Positions 22,301 to 34,980 of a stretch of 64,000 nt of DNA are shown here, one piece after another. Below the pieces are notes generated by a model. The model was not told the origin of the DNA and did no database searches. It saw only the letters and a list, made by a program, of their open reading frames with translations. Every line of letters starts with the position of its first letter. Within the stretch, counting starts at the first letter, position 1. Source of the DNA: Mytilus trossulus (taxonomy: Eukaryota). Position numbers and translations under genes: made by a program. Where the stretch lies: the NCBI RefSeq assembly GCF_036588685.1, contig NC_086376.1, forward strand, positions 45,074,001 through 45,138,000, written 5' to 3'.

Positions 22301-25009
22301 GAAACAGATTTAATAAATTTGACCCAGTAGAGTTCATTTGACTTTGGTGAGGAAGTTGCGTCTCTTTTTTGCTTTGCTTTGTCTGCCTGCCAAAAACTAC
22401 AATCGATTCATTCTGGAGTTGTAACAGTCCCTTTCTTTATCAATAATTTTATATTTTTGGTTAGGATGATGTAACTTCAATCTTTCATTTATAAGTAAAG
22501 AAATTAAAAGACAGAACCAATTTATATTCTTGTTCATCGAAACAAAGTAAAAGCATTGAACCTGGCTGTAGACTGATTGTATTTTATTTGAAGGAAAACA
22601 ATGTTTTATGTAAACACATCACCAGGTAGTTTATTTTCACTCTTTTTTTCTGTTTTAATTACATGTACCTTTACTCAGGGTTGGAAAATGTCCATTGAGA
22701 AAATTATAGATCTTGAAAGTTTTGTTGGAATCTCCTCTCATATATATTTAAGTGCTTTTACAAACAATTTTTAAACATCAATGCTGATGATTTCATTAGT
22801 AAAGTTGAATACCAAAAATCTCTTGGTAACGAGATGAAATAAATGTATAAGACCTTTACATAAAAAAGAAAGATGGACGTCCTTCACAAGAGAAAGGGTA
22901 ACATCACATCTCTTACTGTGTTTATTTTAGCATTACCTGCATGTATATGAAAGAAAGATGATTGCCACTAGATATTACCATGTGCTGTATCTTTTTATTT
23001 TAGGTTGAAGGCTATTCTAATGTAGATGACATCAATGTATTACAGCAAGATGAAGAGGTATGTATTTTCAAATTGAGGCTATAAAAGAAATTTGCAACCT
23101 TCCCATTTTATGCTTATATTTACTGGTAAAACTGAAACTTATGTTAAATTTAATTGCAAAGACTAGAACAAAATTAATATCTGATAATTAAAGCCTGTGT
23201 TTTAATTTTTGTCACACTTGTGTAAGTCAAATTTGGTTAAAAGAAGGAATTGCTTTTCTTTTATATCTACTATATATACATGTAATTTACATTTTTGTAC
23301 TACAAATTAATATGAATGAAATTAATTGAATATAATCAAATTTTGAAATTATTATGTAAAACTTAATGAATTGGAGAATATCACAATAATGCATCATCAA
23401 TTGTTCAAGATTCCTTTGAAACTTTTCACTAAAAAAAAACTTACAATAAAAAATACTTGAATGATTTGAACATTTTAAGTTGACTTGAAAAACAAGTTTT
23501 TTAGTGAAAAAAAACAGTGAATTGAAATTGAATTATAATTTATAAGGTTTTATTATGATAAATCAATTGAATACAAATATTCTCAACTTAGTAAAAAAGT
23601 AGTATTTAAGGAGAAAACATTTGTACAGTAAAAAGCAGTGATCATATGTTGATTGTTTGTTTTTTGTTATTTTGTAGTTTCTTAGGTTACAAGGTAAACA
23701 CTCACGAGGTAAAGAACCTATACAATTTGTAGATGTCAATGCTGATGATTTTATTAGTACAGCTGCATACCAAATAGCCCTGACTGAAGAGACAGAATAC
23801 AGACCTTCTCATAAAAAGGGAGAGGGACCTTCTTCACAACAGAAAAAAAAACATCACATCACTTATCTAGCTCACCAGGTAAAGTATCATTATTTTTAAA
23901 CATTTGACATTACTATTGAAGAACAAAATATCAGGAAAGTTAATACATGTACAGATAATAGATTTTTTTCAAATTACCAACTTTTGACCCTGAAGTATGT
24001 AAATTTTTGTCAGGCTACCTTCTATTTGGTGGTATATTCTGGTTCTTTGTCAAGTAAGAGCAACTAAATGAAGTAAAATCAAGCTTACAATCGGTGTAAT
24101 TTAAATGAAGCATAATTTTTATGCCCCACCTACGATAGTAGAGGGGCATTATGTTTTCTGGTCTGTGCGTCCGTCTGTCCGTCCTTCTTACCCTCTGTCC
24201 TTCCATCCATTCGTTCAGGTTTAAGTTTTAAGTCAAGTTAGTTTTTGATGAAGTTGAAGTCCAATCAACTTCATTCTTAGTATACATGTTCCCTATGATA
24301 TGATCTTTCTAATTTAATTGCCAAATTAGACTTTTAACTCAAATTCAGGGTCCACTGAACATAGAAAATGATAGTGCAAGTTTCAGGTTTAAGTTTTTGG
24401 TCAATGTAGTTTTTGATTTAGTTGAAGTCCAATTAACTTGAAACTGTGTACACATGTTCCTTAGGTTATGATCTTTCTAATTTAGAATTATATTTTTATC
24501 CCAATTTCACGGTCCACTAAACAGAAAATGATAATGGGAGTGGGTATCCGTGTACTATTGACACATTCTTGTTTTGTTTACTACACATAAGAAAAACTAC
24601 TGGCAAAAAGTTAATTTTTCCCCAAACTGTGTTTGTAGTCTAGAAAATAGACTTATTAAATAACCCAAGTGTATACTGATAAAAACTATCAATATCAACA
24701 AACTATCCTTTTTCACAAATATGTCAAGCTCTGAATTGTCTCAAGTCTAGAATACATGTAGTTGTGAATAAATCTTTCAGAGAACTATAAAGATTTCCAA
24801 GCAGTACAAAATTCACACGTTGACAAAATAATTAAAAATGCCTTCTTTTTCCATTATATTATATCAATTTGTATTTAGTGTGACAAAAATTCTTTAAAAA
24901 AATATATATATTTTAATTTCAGGCTAAAGAAAGAGAGATTGAGCTGAAAAATGCTTGGTCGCAGAATGCGATGTCCAAAAGACAAACACAAGCAAAATAT
25001 GGTTTCTAA
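19302..25009 (+). CDS. PRCC: Proline-rich protein PRCC homologue, ~496 aa, 7 exons
   Basis: Exons 19302-19530, 20072-20229, 20866-20922, 21518-22222, 23004-23057, 23678-23878 and 24923-25009 are all GT-AG and in phase. N-terminus MSLVAY..SSD; C-terminus FLRLQGK...KKHHITYLAHQAKEREIELKNAWSQNAMSKRQTQAKYGF. AATAAA at about 25108. Confidence 0.93.
22765..22914 (+). pseudogene. Degenerate duplicate of PRCC exon 6 within intron 4
   Basis: 'tcaatgctgatgatttcattagta...ttcacaagagaaa...acatcacatctctta' aligns to about 23722-23866, with in-frame stops and indels. Confidence 0.75.
24115..24573 (+). mobile_element. Helentron-associated non-autonomous (DINE-1/HINE-like) element
   Basis: T-rich start, 5' stem-loop atgcccc...ggggcat, (GTCC/GTCT)n microsatellite, two internal ~160-bp tandem units, 3' end gtgtactattgacacattcttgtt. 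Confidence 0.65.
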
Positions 25010-28000
25010 TAGTATGTGTAAATATAGAACAATTACAATACACGTGTGTCAGCTTAAATTATAAATGTGTACAAAGTGGAACATGTTGTACACATAAAGG
25101 ATGTAAAAATAAAAGTATGTGTCATTAAAAAAGATGTTCTGACAATTTATCTATACCCAGCCCTGTAGCAAAGACTAGGCCAGTGATGTTATGTTAACAT
25201 CCTGTCTTCCATTCTAATGTGCATGTGTCATTTGAACATGGTTTCTAGATTATCTCTTATTTCATTATCTAAATTTACTACTCTTAATTAACACTTCATT
25301 ATTTGCATTTCTAGATTATAGAGAAATTTATAAAACAAAAATCAATGAAAAACATTTGGATATTGTTTATTTTAAGCAATGAAATACATGTATTCATATT
25401 GTGGGGGAACATCCTTTGTGAAAAATGTAGAAAAAAAGAAACCCTGCATGAAGTTGTGGTCACATTAACTTAAAACTAAAGTACAAAATTATGATGAAAA
25501 CTTTTAAATATAAGGATTTGCAGAATTCTTGTATTTTATGGAAAAGATTAAAAAAAAAAAAACTAGAATGCCTTCAATTAAGTAATTCTTATAAACAACA
25601 ATAAATTATCAACTAACAACCTTACTCCATAACAAAGTTTGTCAAAAGCTACCCAATACAATAAAACTGTTTTAAGGAAACTAGCTTTTCAGGTAGATAT
25701 TTGCCCAATTAAGATTTTGCCAAAACAGTTGTTTGAAAAAAAAAGGAAAGGAAGGGCCAATCAGAAATGAAAGTTAAAAAAAGGACAACCATGGCAAAAA
25801 AAAAAAGTAAAAACACAAAAAGTCCACAAAACACACTATTGGTTGAGCATATCAAAATAAATTAAAAAATATGAGCGATGGGAACACCACCAAGAACTAA
25901 GGTAGGACTGATTTGTTTTTAAAGAGTAAGCATTTTAAACTCCACAAGTAGCACATGTCATGTTAACATTGGGTGATCAAATAAATAAGAGCACAAAGTT
26001 CTGAATTTGGACATATGTGACTGTTTACTTTGGTTAACCTCTGATAAATCATGTGAAATTTAAAAAAAAATAATAGTAAGGAACTACTCAACACAGGTCC
26101 ACTTTTAATTGACCAATTTCACACTTGTCTTTCCAGAGTTATGTTTCTTTATTAAATGGAAAATAGGAGAATCTTGTGTTGTTTTATCTAATTGGTTGCT
26201 TGTTGTTAAGAAACACTGTCTTAAGAGGATAACCTGGTTTCAAATCATGGAGAAAATAAACAAATGGTCCATTTCTAACAAGATTACTTTGTATAAAGGC
26301 TCATTTGAAATGTTTCTTTTTCATGGTTCAAAGAATGAAACCATTTAGTATTATTCTTTGATTTTTATTATTAGTAATGATTTAAGAAATTTCATTGGTA
26401 TTTAATCTTTGAGGGTAATTGAAGGAAAGTATGATTTATAAAATTTTTGTTTTGGCCTTTTAAATTCAGAAATAAGAAATATTGATTTTGAAAATCAGGA
26501 AGCAGTTTATTTTCATATAATGACTGCCAATACCAGGCTGTAAAATGTAAAATAACAAAAGTTAGAACTCATAGGAAAATTCAAAACAGAAAGTCCTAAT
26601 CAAATGGCAAAATCAAAAGTTCAGAAACATCAAACCGATGCATAACAACTGTTATATTCATGACTTGGAACAGACATTTTCTTATGTAGGAAATGACAGA
26701 TTGAACCTGGTTTTAAAGCTAGCTAAACTTATCCCTTCTATGACAGTCATATAAAATTCCTTTATATTGACAACAATGTGTGAACAAAACAAACAGACAT
26801 AATAAGTAAAAATGTTAAAACTAGGGGTACAGCAGTCAAAATTATGTTGTTATATTAATCACTATAGAAACAGACAAATATACCAACAATGTAAAAGAAA
26901 ACACATATCTACAAAGTACATTAGCAAAAACAAACGACAAGAACTCAAAATTGACCATAGCACAATAACACAATGGCAGGATGTACAGTACCCATCCTAG
27001 ACATAATAAAATTGAGAATGGCAATGGGGAATTTGTCAAAGAGACAATAACCTTGACCAAAGTACAGACAACAGCTGAAGGCCACCAATGGGTCTTTAAT
27101 GCAGCGACAAAATCCATCACGCATGGGTGGTCATCACCTGGCTCCTAAAAACAATGTTGTACTAAATCCAGTGGAATAGAAGTATATAATAAAAAATCCT
27201 GAGGGTATCTAGAATAAAGTTTGTGTTTTATTTTCTGTTTTGTCAAAAACATGGCCGCCATGGCTAAAATAGAACATGGGGGTAAAATGCAGTTTTTGGC
27301 TGAAGTATTTATAGCAAATCTGATATGAATTAAAAAAAAATCATAATTAGGTCAAGTTCTATCTGCCATGAAATTTTCAGATGAATCTATCAAGCCATTG
27401 TTGGGTTGCTGCCCCTAAATTAGTAATTTTAAGGAAATTTTGAAGTTTTTAGTTAATAAAAATTACTAATGTTAAAGATAAACTTTAACAGCAAAAATGT
27501 TCAGCAAAGTAGGATCTACAAATATGTTGATATGATCTAAATTGTCAATCCACCCCTTAAGGAGTTGCTGCCCTTTAAACAGATTTTTTTCTTAATTTGT
27601 TCATCTAGTTTGCTTGCTCTATAACTGCTGAATCAATTTCAGAATATCTAGTAAAAATTTTGTATTTCATTTCCTTGTACATCAAGAAACATAGCCACTT
27701 GGACTAAAATGGAACACGGGGTAAAATAAAATTGAGGATGGAAATGGGGAATGTGTTTAACATGAAACCCTATGGGAAAAAACAGGGAACTCTTTTTGTC
27801 AGAACACACTGTCAAACATTTACAAGTCATACTATCCACACTGATCTGTGTCCACACTTGTTAACATATAATATTGTTTTACAATGAATGTTATGTATAA
27901 CAGTATAAGCAAGGAGGTTGTATAATTTCCTTGGTATAGGCAAAGTTGGTCCAATTTAGTCCGACGGTTCAATAGTAAGTATGACAGTTCGATTGTCCGA

Positions 28001-28214
28001 CGGTTCGATAATCGACAGGATGACACATTAAAATAAAAGTCGAGGGTCATAAATATTTCCATATTCGGCCCTCTGTCACAGGGTGGTTATTCTGCCCTTT
28101 CAAACCATTTAAAAATTTCTTAGCTATTTCTCTTTTCATTCGCAAATTAACGGGCATGGTCGGAAGATAGATTCCTGGCTGCTGTACCGCATTAGCAATG
28201 ATTGAGGTGTTTAA

Positions 28215-29010
28215 ATATATTCAACGATATATGAAAGATGGCATATTTTGAATTAATATTGATTTACTAATAGTACCCTTGCATCGGAAATAAACACATC
28301 TATTCTAAATAAATCATTAAAGATGGCCTTTTTTTTATTATTAATTATATTGATTTACTAATAGGGACTTTTCTTCTAAACTAAGCACATTTATTCTAAT
28401 CATTAAAGATGGCATATTTTTGGAATTAATATTGGTTTACACATAGGGTCTTTGCATCGCGGGAAATCAACACATTTATTATAAAACCAGTTGTTGACAT
28501 GGCACGGTTTTGTGACAGTTCTCTCATATTTTATGATAGTATGATACTAAACCCCTAACATAAATGATTGTGCTCGATATGCACATGATGAAGACATAAT
28601 TTTTCAATCAGTGTAATTGAGGTGTGAGGCTTGCGTGTCAGTAACTGACGTAACAGCTAGTAAGCCTTTGTTAATGTATGTATCATTGTCACTTTGCTTA
28701 GTTTTTTTTGTTGCGTTTACTGGCATTGGACTCGGACTTCTTTTAATTAAACTGAGTTTTACTGTGCGTATTGCTGTGTGATAATAAATAAGCTTTATTT
28801 AGAGTCGGCAAGGTATACAAACATAGACAAAAATAAGCTCTAATTAGCTTTTAACAAACATGATTGTTTATCCTCATTGACTTGAAGTATAAAAGGGGGA
28901 CCGGGTTGAGATCTCACTAAACATGTTAAACCCCGCCGCATTTTTGTGCCTATCCCAAGTCCGGAGCCTCCTTCCTTTCAAGTGTTAGTCTTGTATGTGT
29001 GGGGTTTTTT
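28215..29010 (+). repeat. Abundant dispersed repeat with three ~85-bp tandem subunits at its start (duplicate at 31784-32579; related copy 52430-53175)
   Basis: Shares the 'aaaccagttgttg.catg...ggactcggacttctttt...gttgagatctc' sequence with 52430-52800. Confidence 0.7.
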
Positions 29011-29042
29011 TTTATTTACTCTGATTACGTTCTACTTCATAT

Positions 29043-29644
29043 GTACAATACAATACAATACAATATTTTATTAACGTCTCACCTTTTACAAAGCAATACA
29101 TAACACTTTGATTAAAACAAATTACACATATGTAAAAGCCATTCATATAGAATTATGAGAGACGATTATTTACAAATTCGAAACAAATTTCACACCGCTT
29201 AAAACATCAAATATATATATACTAAAAAAAATAATTTAAAAATATAAAAAAATTAAAAATTAAAAAACAAGCAAATACAAAACTATCTACATGTATATAA
29301 AAATCTACGTCTCCTATCTAAAATGTCTCTGCAGGTTTTGGCACACAAACGTATATTGTTAACACCACATAGAATCACAGATAGCTTATCTTGACTAGAA
29401 AAATTATCAAAACCATCAATATTTAAAGTATTAAAACAACTGTCCCTAATATCATCATACAGTGGGCAAAATAAAAGTACATGTTCTTCGTTTTCAATGG
29501 AGTCAGGACAGCAAAAGCAAGTTCGTTCTAGCAATCTTAGGTTCTCGTATCTCCCGGTCTCGACGCGAATTGGCGCTACTCCACACCTAAACTTAGCGTA
29601 AGCACTTCTGTACGATGTTGGCATGTAGTAGAACGTAATCAGAG
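29043..29644 (-). mobile_element. 3'-terminal LINE fragment with (ATTGT)n tail (duplicate at 32612-33213)
   Basis: ORF RSAYAKFRCGVAPIRVETGRY...CFCC...EEHVLLFCPLY is a LINE ORF2 C-terminal zinc-knuckle-like region. AATAAA and a short tandem tail follow at 29043-29072. Confidence 0.85.
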
Positions 29645-30134
29645 ATCAATATTTTAATTAGATTGGACCCCATAAAGTTAAATGGTTGCTCCCTTAAGTT
29701 AATTATATAATACGTGTCTTTGTCTTTCAATATTTTTTTTCTTTTGGGATTACCAAATAGAGGAGAAAGATACCAAAGGGATTGTCAAACTCTTAAGTCG
29801 AAAATAAACTTAAAACGCTAATTAAAAAAAAGACAAACCGACAAACAACAGCTAAAAAAACACAACATAGAAGACTAACGACTTAACAACACAAACCCAA
29901 CCAAACACTAGGGTTGCTACGGAAGGGTGACCAGGTCCTGTTCCGCACGTGGCACCCGTCGTGTTGCTCATGTTAGTACAAACTCTAATTGACTTAATAT
30001 AATTCAAATTCTGTATAAAAAAAGAAGAGACGATATTGATGTTAATATTACAATTAGAACATATTTGGCTGCTATCATCTTTGAAACGGATATTCTGTAA
30101 CGGTCAACCAACTCGTAATGGCATCCATACAATT

Positions 30135-30203
30135 CACGGTGGGTATGGTTGTCCTGCGAGAGAACGTACTGTGCTGGTGATTTGGTCCTGACGGGTGCTG
30201 GTG
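30135..30203 (+). repeat. Duplicated left TIR of the Transib-like element
   Basis: Identical to 33704-33772 and preceded by the same CAATT. Confidence 0.9.
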
Positions 30204-31409
30204 GGTCCTGATTCTGTGCTGGTGGGTTTGTTTACATTGTATCAGAACGGCAATAAAACGACTGTTTTGTTGCTTAATTGTTCTCTGATGTGTCATAAGT
30301 ACCATGCAAAGTATATTACAATAATATTATATTGTAAAAGTCGTGCAAGTTCGTTAAACGGAATTGTCCTGACGCTGTGCTGGTGATAAGAAAAAAGGTC
30401 CTGGTTCTGTGCTCCTATGTCCTGGTTCTGTGCTTTTATATTTAGTTAAAAGTGACATATATTCAAGATCATTGATGCTGTACTGTTATTGACTTATTAG
30501 CTGTTGTCTGCTTTCTTGAAATTGACATTGTTGTGAATCTGTTTACTGTTATTATGAGAGAAAAAATACCCCTATTTTTATTTTATTTTTTAAAACTAAC
30601 TTTAATCTTATTTATTGGCCTGTTAATGGGACCCTTCTTGCCCCCTTTTAAGATAAGAAAATATGTTTACGATTTTCGGGATTACTATCATTTTGCAAGA
30701 TCACCAAAATACGTGGTAATTTATACAATACTTATATAAAGTAGATGATGTGGTATGTTTGTTGTCAATGGACAAATCTCCATAAGAAACCAAAGGAAGT
30801 ATGTGTGAACAACCATACGTCATCGTACGACCTTCAACAATAACCCATAAAATAAAAATGGAAAGCAAAAATATAGAACAAAGGACTTTCTGAGCGTCTT
30901 TAGCAGCTTAAAACACATTTGTTTGTGAACAATTGAGTGCTGACTATAAGAATGACAATAGTATTGCAGGTTTGTTTGTTTTGTGGGTTGTTTTTTTTTT
31001 TGGAAAAGGGGGGGGGGGGTAAGTTATAGCGAAATTACAGTGAAAGCTTGGAATAGTTTCCCGTAAGATTTAAAAGTTGTATTGTAAAAGAAAAATGTAT
31101 CTTATAGCTATTAAGAATCACTTGCTGTAAGAATTTTCCAACACATTTTTTTGTTGTCTAAACGGTTATCAGGTATTTTTTTTTTCGAAAGTTCGATAGA
31201 ACACTAAAAAAAACACTATTTCATGAAAGGGCAGGCTAGAATATGTCAGAGAATGAAGACGAGATAACCTAGAGAACACTAATAAAATTAAGATTTCTTA
31301 GCTTTTTTCATTTCAAAATAATTTTTTTTTGATTAAGAATTACGGGGGAGGAAGTGAACAATGTGTCCTTCTTTTCTATATATAAATATTTTTCATGAAT
31401 AAAAATAAA

Positions 31410-34400
31410 CTGATCTGTGTCCACACTTGTTAACATATAATATTGTTTTACAATGAATGTTATGTATAACAGTATAAGCAAGGAGGTTGTATAATTTCCT
31501 TGGTATAGGCAAAGTTGGTCCAATTTAGTCCGACGGTTCAATAGTAAGTATGACAGTTCGATTGTCCGACGGTTCGATAATCGACAGGATGACACATTAA
31601 AATAAAAGTCGAGGGTCATAAATATTTCCATATTCGGCCCTCTGTCACAGGGTGGTTATTCTGCCCTTTCAAACCATTTAAAAATTTCTTAGCTATTTCT
31701 CTTTTCATTCGCAAATTAACGGGCATGGTCGGAAGATAGATTCCTGGCTGCTGTACCGCATTAGCAATGATTGAGGTGTTTAAATATATTCAACGATATA
31801 TGAAAGATGGCATATTTTGAATTAATATTGATTTACTAATAGTACCCTTGCATCGGAAATAAACACATCTATTCTAAATAAATCATTAAAGATGGCCTTT
31901 TTTTTATTATTAATTATATTGATTTACTAATAGGGACTTTTCTTCTAAACTAAGCACATTTATTCTAATCATTAAAGATGGCATATTTTTGGAATTAATA
32001 TTGGTTTACACATAGGGTCTTTGCATCGCGGGAAATCAACACATTTATTATAAAACCAGTTGTTGACATGGCACGGTTTTGTGACAGTTCTCTCATATTT
32101 TATGATAGTATGATACTAAACCCCTAACATAAATGATTGTGCTCGATATGCACATGATGAAGACATAATTTTTCAATCAGTGTAATTGAGGTGTGAGGCT
32201 TGCGTGTCAGTAACTGACGTAACAGCTAGTAAGCCTTTGTTAATGTATGTATCATTGTCACTTTGCTTAGTTTTTTTTGTTGCGTTTACTGGCATTGGAC
32301 TCGGACTTCTTTTAATTAAACTGAGTTTTACTGTGCGTATTGCTGTGTGATAATAAATAAGCTTTATTTAGAGTCGGCAAGGTATACAAACATAGACAAA
32401 AATAAGCTCTAATTAGCTTTTAACAAACATGATTGTTTATCCTCATTGACTTGAAGTATAAAAGGGGGACCGGGTTGAGATCTCACTAAACATGTTAAAC
32501 CCCGCCGCATTTTTGTGCCTATCCCAAGTCCGGAGCCTCCTTCCTTTCAAGTGTTAGTCTTGTATGTGTGGGGTTTTTTTTTATTTACTCTGATTACGTT
32601 CTACTTCATATGTACAATACAATACAATACAATATTTTATTAACGTCTCACCTTTTACAAAGCAATACATAACACTTTGATTAAAACAAATTACACATAT
32701 GTAAAAGCCATTCATATAGAATTATGAGAGACGATTATTTACAAATTCGAAACAAATTTCACACCGCTTAAAACATCAAATATATATATACTAAAAAAAA
32801 TAATTTAAAAATATAAAAAAATTAAAAATTAAAAAACAAGCAAATACAAAACTATCTACATGTATATAAAAATCTACGTCTCCTATCTAAAATGTCTCTG
32901 CAGGTTTTGGCACACAAACGTATATTGTTAACACCACATAGAATCACAGATAGCTTATCTTGACTAGAAAAATTATCAAAACCATCAATATTTAAAGTAT
33001 TAAAACAACTGTCCCTAATATCATCATACAGTGGGCAAAATAAAAGTACATGTTCTTCGTTTTCAATGGAGTCAGGACAGCAAAAGCAAGTTCGTTCTAG
33101 CAATCTTAGGTTCTCGTATCTCCCGGTCTCGACGCGAATTGGCGCTACTCCACACCTAAACTTAGCGTAAGCACTTCTGTACGATGTTGGCATGTAGTAG
33201 AACGTAATCAGAGATCAATATTTTAATTAGATTGGACCCCATAAAGTTAAATGGTTGCTCCCTTAAGTTAATTATATAATACGTGTCTTTGTCTTTCAAT
33301 ATTTTTTTTCTTTTGGGATTACCAAATAGAGGAGAAAGATACCAAAGGGATTGTCAAACTCTTAAGTCGAAAATAAACTTAAAACGCTAATTAAAAAAAA
33401 GACAAACCGACAAACAACAGCTAAAAAAACACAACATAGAAGACTAACGACTTAACAACACAAACCCAACCAAACACTAGGGTTGCTACGGAAGGGTGAC
33501 CAGGTCCTGTTCCGCACGTGGCACCCGTCGTGTTGCTCATGTTAGTACAAACTCTAATTGACTTAATATAATTCAAATTCTGTATAAAAAAAGAAGAGAC
33601 GATATTGATGTTAATATTACAATTAGAACATATTTGGCTGCTATCATCTTTGAAACGGATATTCTGTAACGGTCAACCAACTCGTAATGGCATCCATACA
33701 ATTCACGGTGGGTATGGTTGTCCTGCGAGAGAACGTACTGTGCTGGTGATTTGGTCCTGACGGGTGCTGGTGGGTCCTGATTCTGTGCTGGTGGGTTTGT
33801 TTACATTGTATCAGAACGGCAATAAAACGACTGTTTTGTTGCTTAATTGTTCTCTGATGTGTCATAAGTACCATGCAAAGTATATTACAATAATATTATA
33901 TTGTAAAAGTCGTGCAAGTTCGTTAAACGGAATTGTCCTGACGCTGTGCTGGTGATAAGAAAAAAGGTCCTGGTTCTGTGCTCCTATGTCCTGGTTCTGT
34001 GCTTTTATATTTAGTTAAAAGTGACATATATTCAAGATCATTGATGCTGTACTGTTATTGACTTATTAGCTGTTGTCTGCTTTCTTGAAATTGACATTGT
34101 TGTGAATCTGTTTACTGTTATTATGAGAGAAAAAATACCCCTATTTTTATTTTATTTTTTAAAACTAACTTTAATCTTATTTATTGGCCTGTTAATGGGA
34201 CCCTTCTTGCCCCCTTTTAAGATAAGAAAATATGTTTACGATTTTCGGGATTACTATCATTTTGCAAGATCACCAAAATACGTGGTAATTTATACAATAC
34301 TTATATAAAGTAGATGATGTGGTATGTTTGTTGTCAATGGACAAATCTCCATAAGAAACCAAAGGAAGTATGTGTGAACAACCATACGTCATCGTACGAC

Positions 34401-34980
34401 CTTCAACAATAACCCATAAAATAAAAATGGAAAGCAAAAATATAGAACAAAGGACTTTCTGAGCGTCTTTAGCAGCTTAAAACACATTTGTTTGTGAACA
34501 ATTGAGTGCTGACTATAAGAATGACAATAGTATTGCAGGTTTGTTTGTTTTGTGGGTTGTTTTTTTTTTTGGAAAAGGGGGGGGGGGGGGTAAGTTATAG
34601 CGAAATTACAGTGAAAGCTTGGAATAGTTTCCCGTAAGATTTAAAAGTTGTATTGTAAAAGAAAAATGTATCTTATAGCTATTAAGAATCACTTGCTGTA
34701 AGAATTTTCCAACACATTTTTTTGTTGTCTAAACGGTTATCAGGTATTTTTTTTTTCGAAAGTTCGATAGAACACTAAAAAAAACACTATTTCATGAAAG
34801 GGCAGGCTAGAATATGTCAGAGAATGAAGACGAGATAACCTAGAGAACACTAATAAAATTAAGATTTCTTAGCTTTTTTCATTTCAAAATAATTTTTTTT
34901 TGATTAAGAATTACGGGGGAGGAAGTGAACAATGTGTCCTTCTTTTCTATATATAAATATTTTTCATGAATAAAAATAAA
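31410..34980. repeat. Tandem segmental duplication, unit 2 (3571 bp)
   Basis: Matches unit 1. The only difference I found is a poly-G run (12 vs 14 G). Confidence 0.95.

Larger units (their letters stand above)
27841..31409. repeat. Tandem segmental duplication, unit 1 (3569 bp)
   Basis: ORF-track peptides repeat at a 3569-bp offset. Junction ...aaaaataaa|ctgatctgtg at 31409/31410. Confidence 0.95.

Noticed and set aside
33704-33772. True 12/23 recombination signal sequence
   Set aside because: Only the heptamer-like end is present. There is no ACAAAAACC-like nonamer at 12 or 23 bp, and the two TIRs are symmetric.
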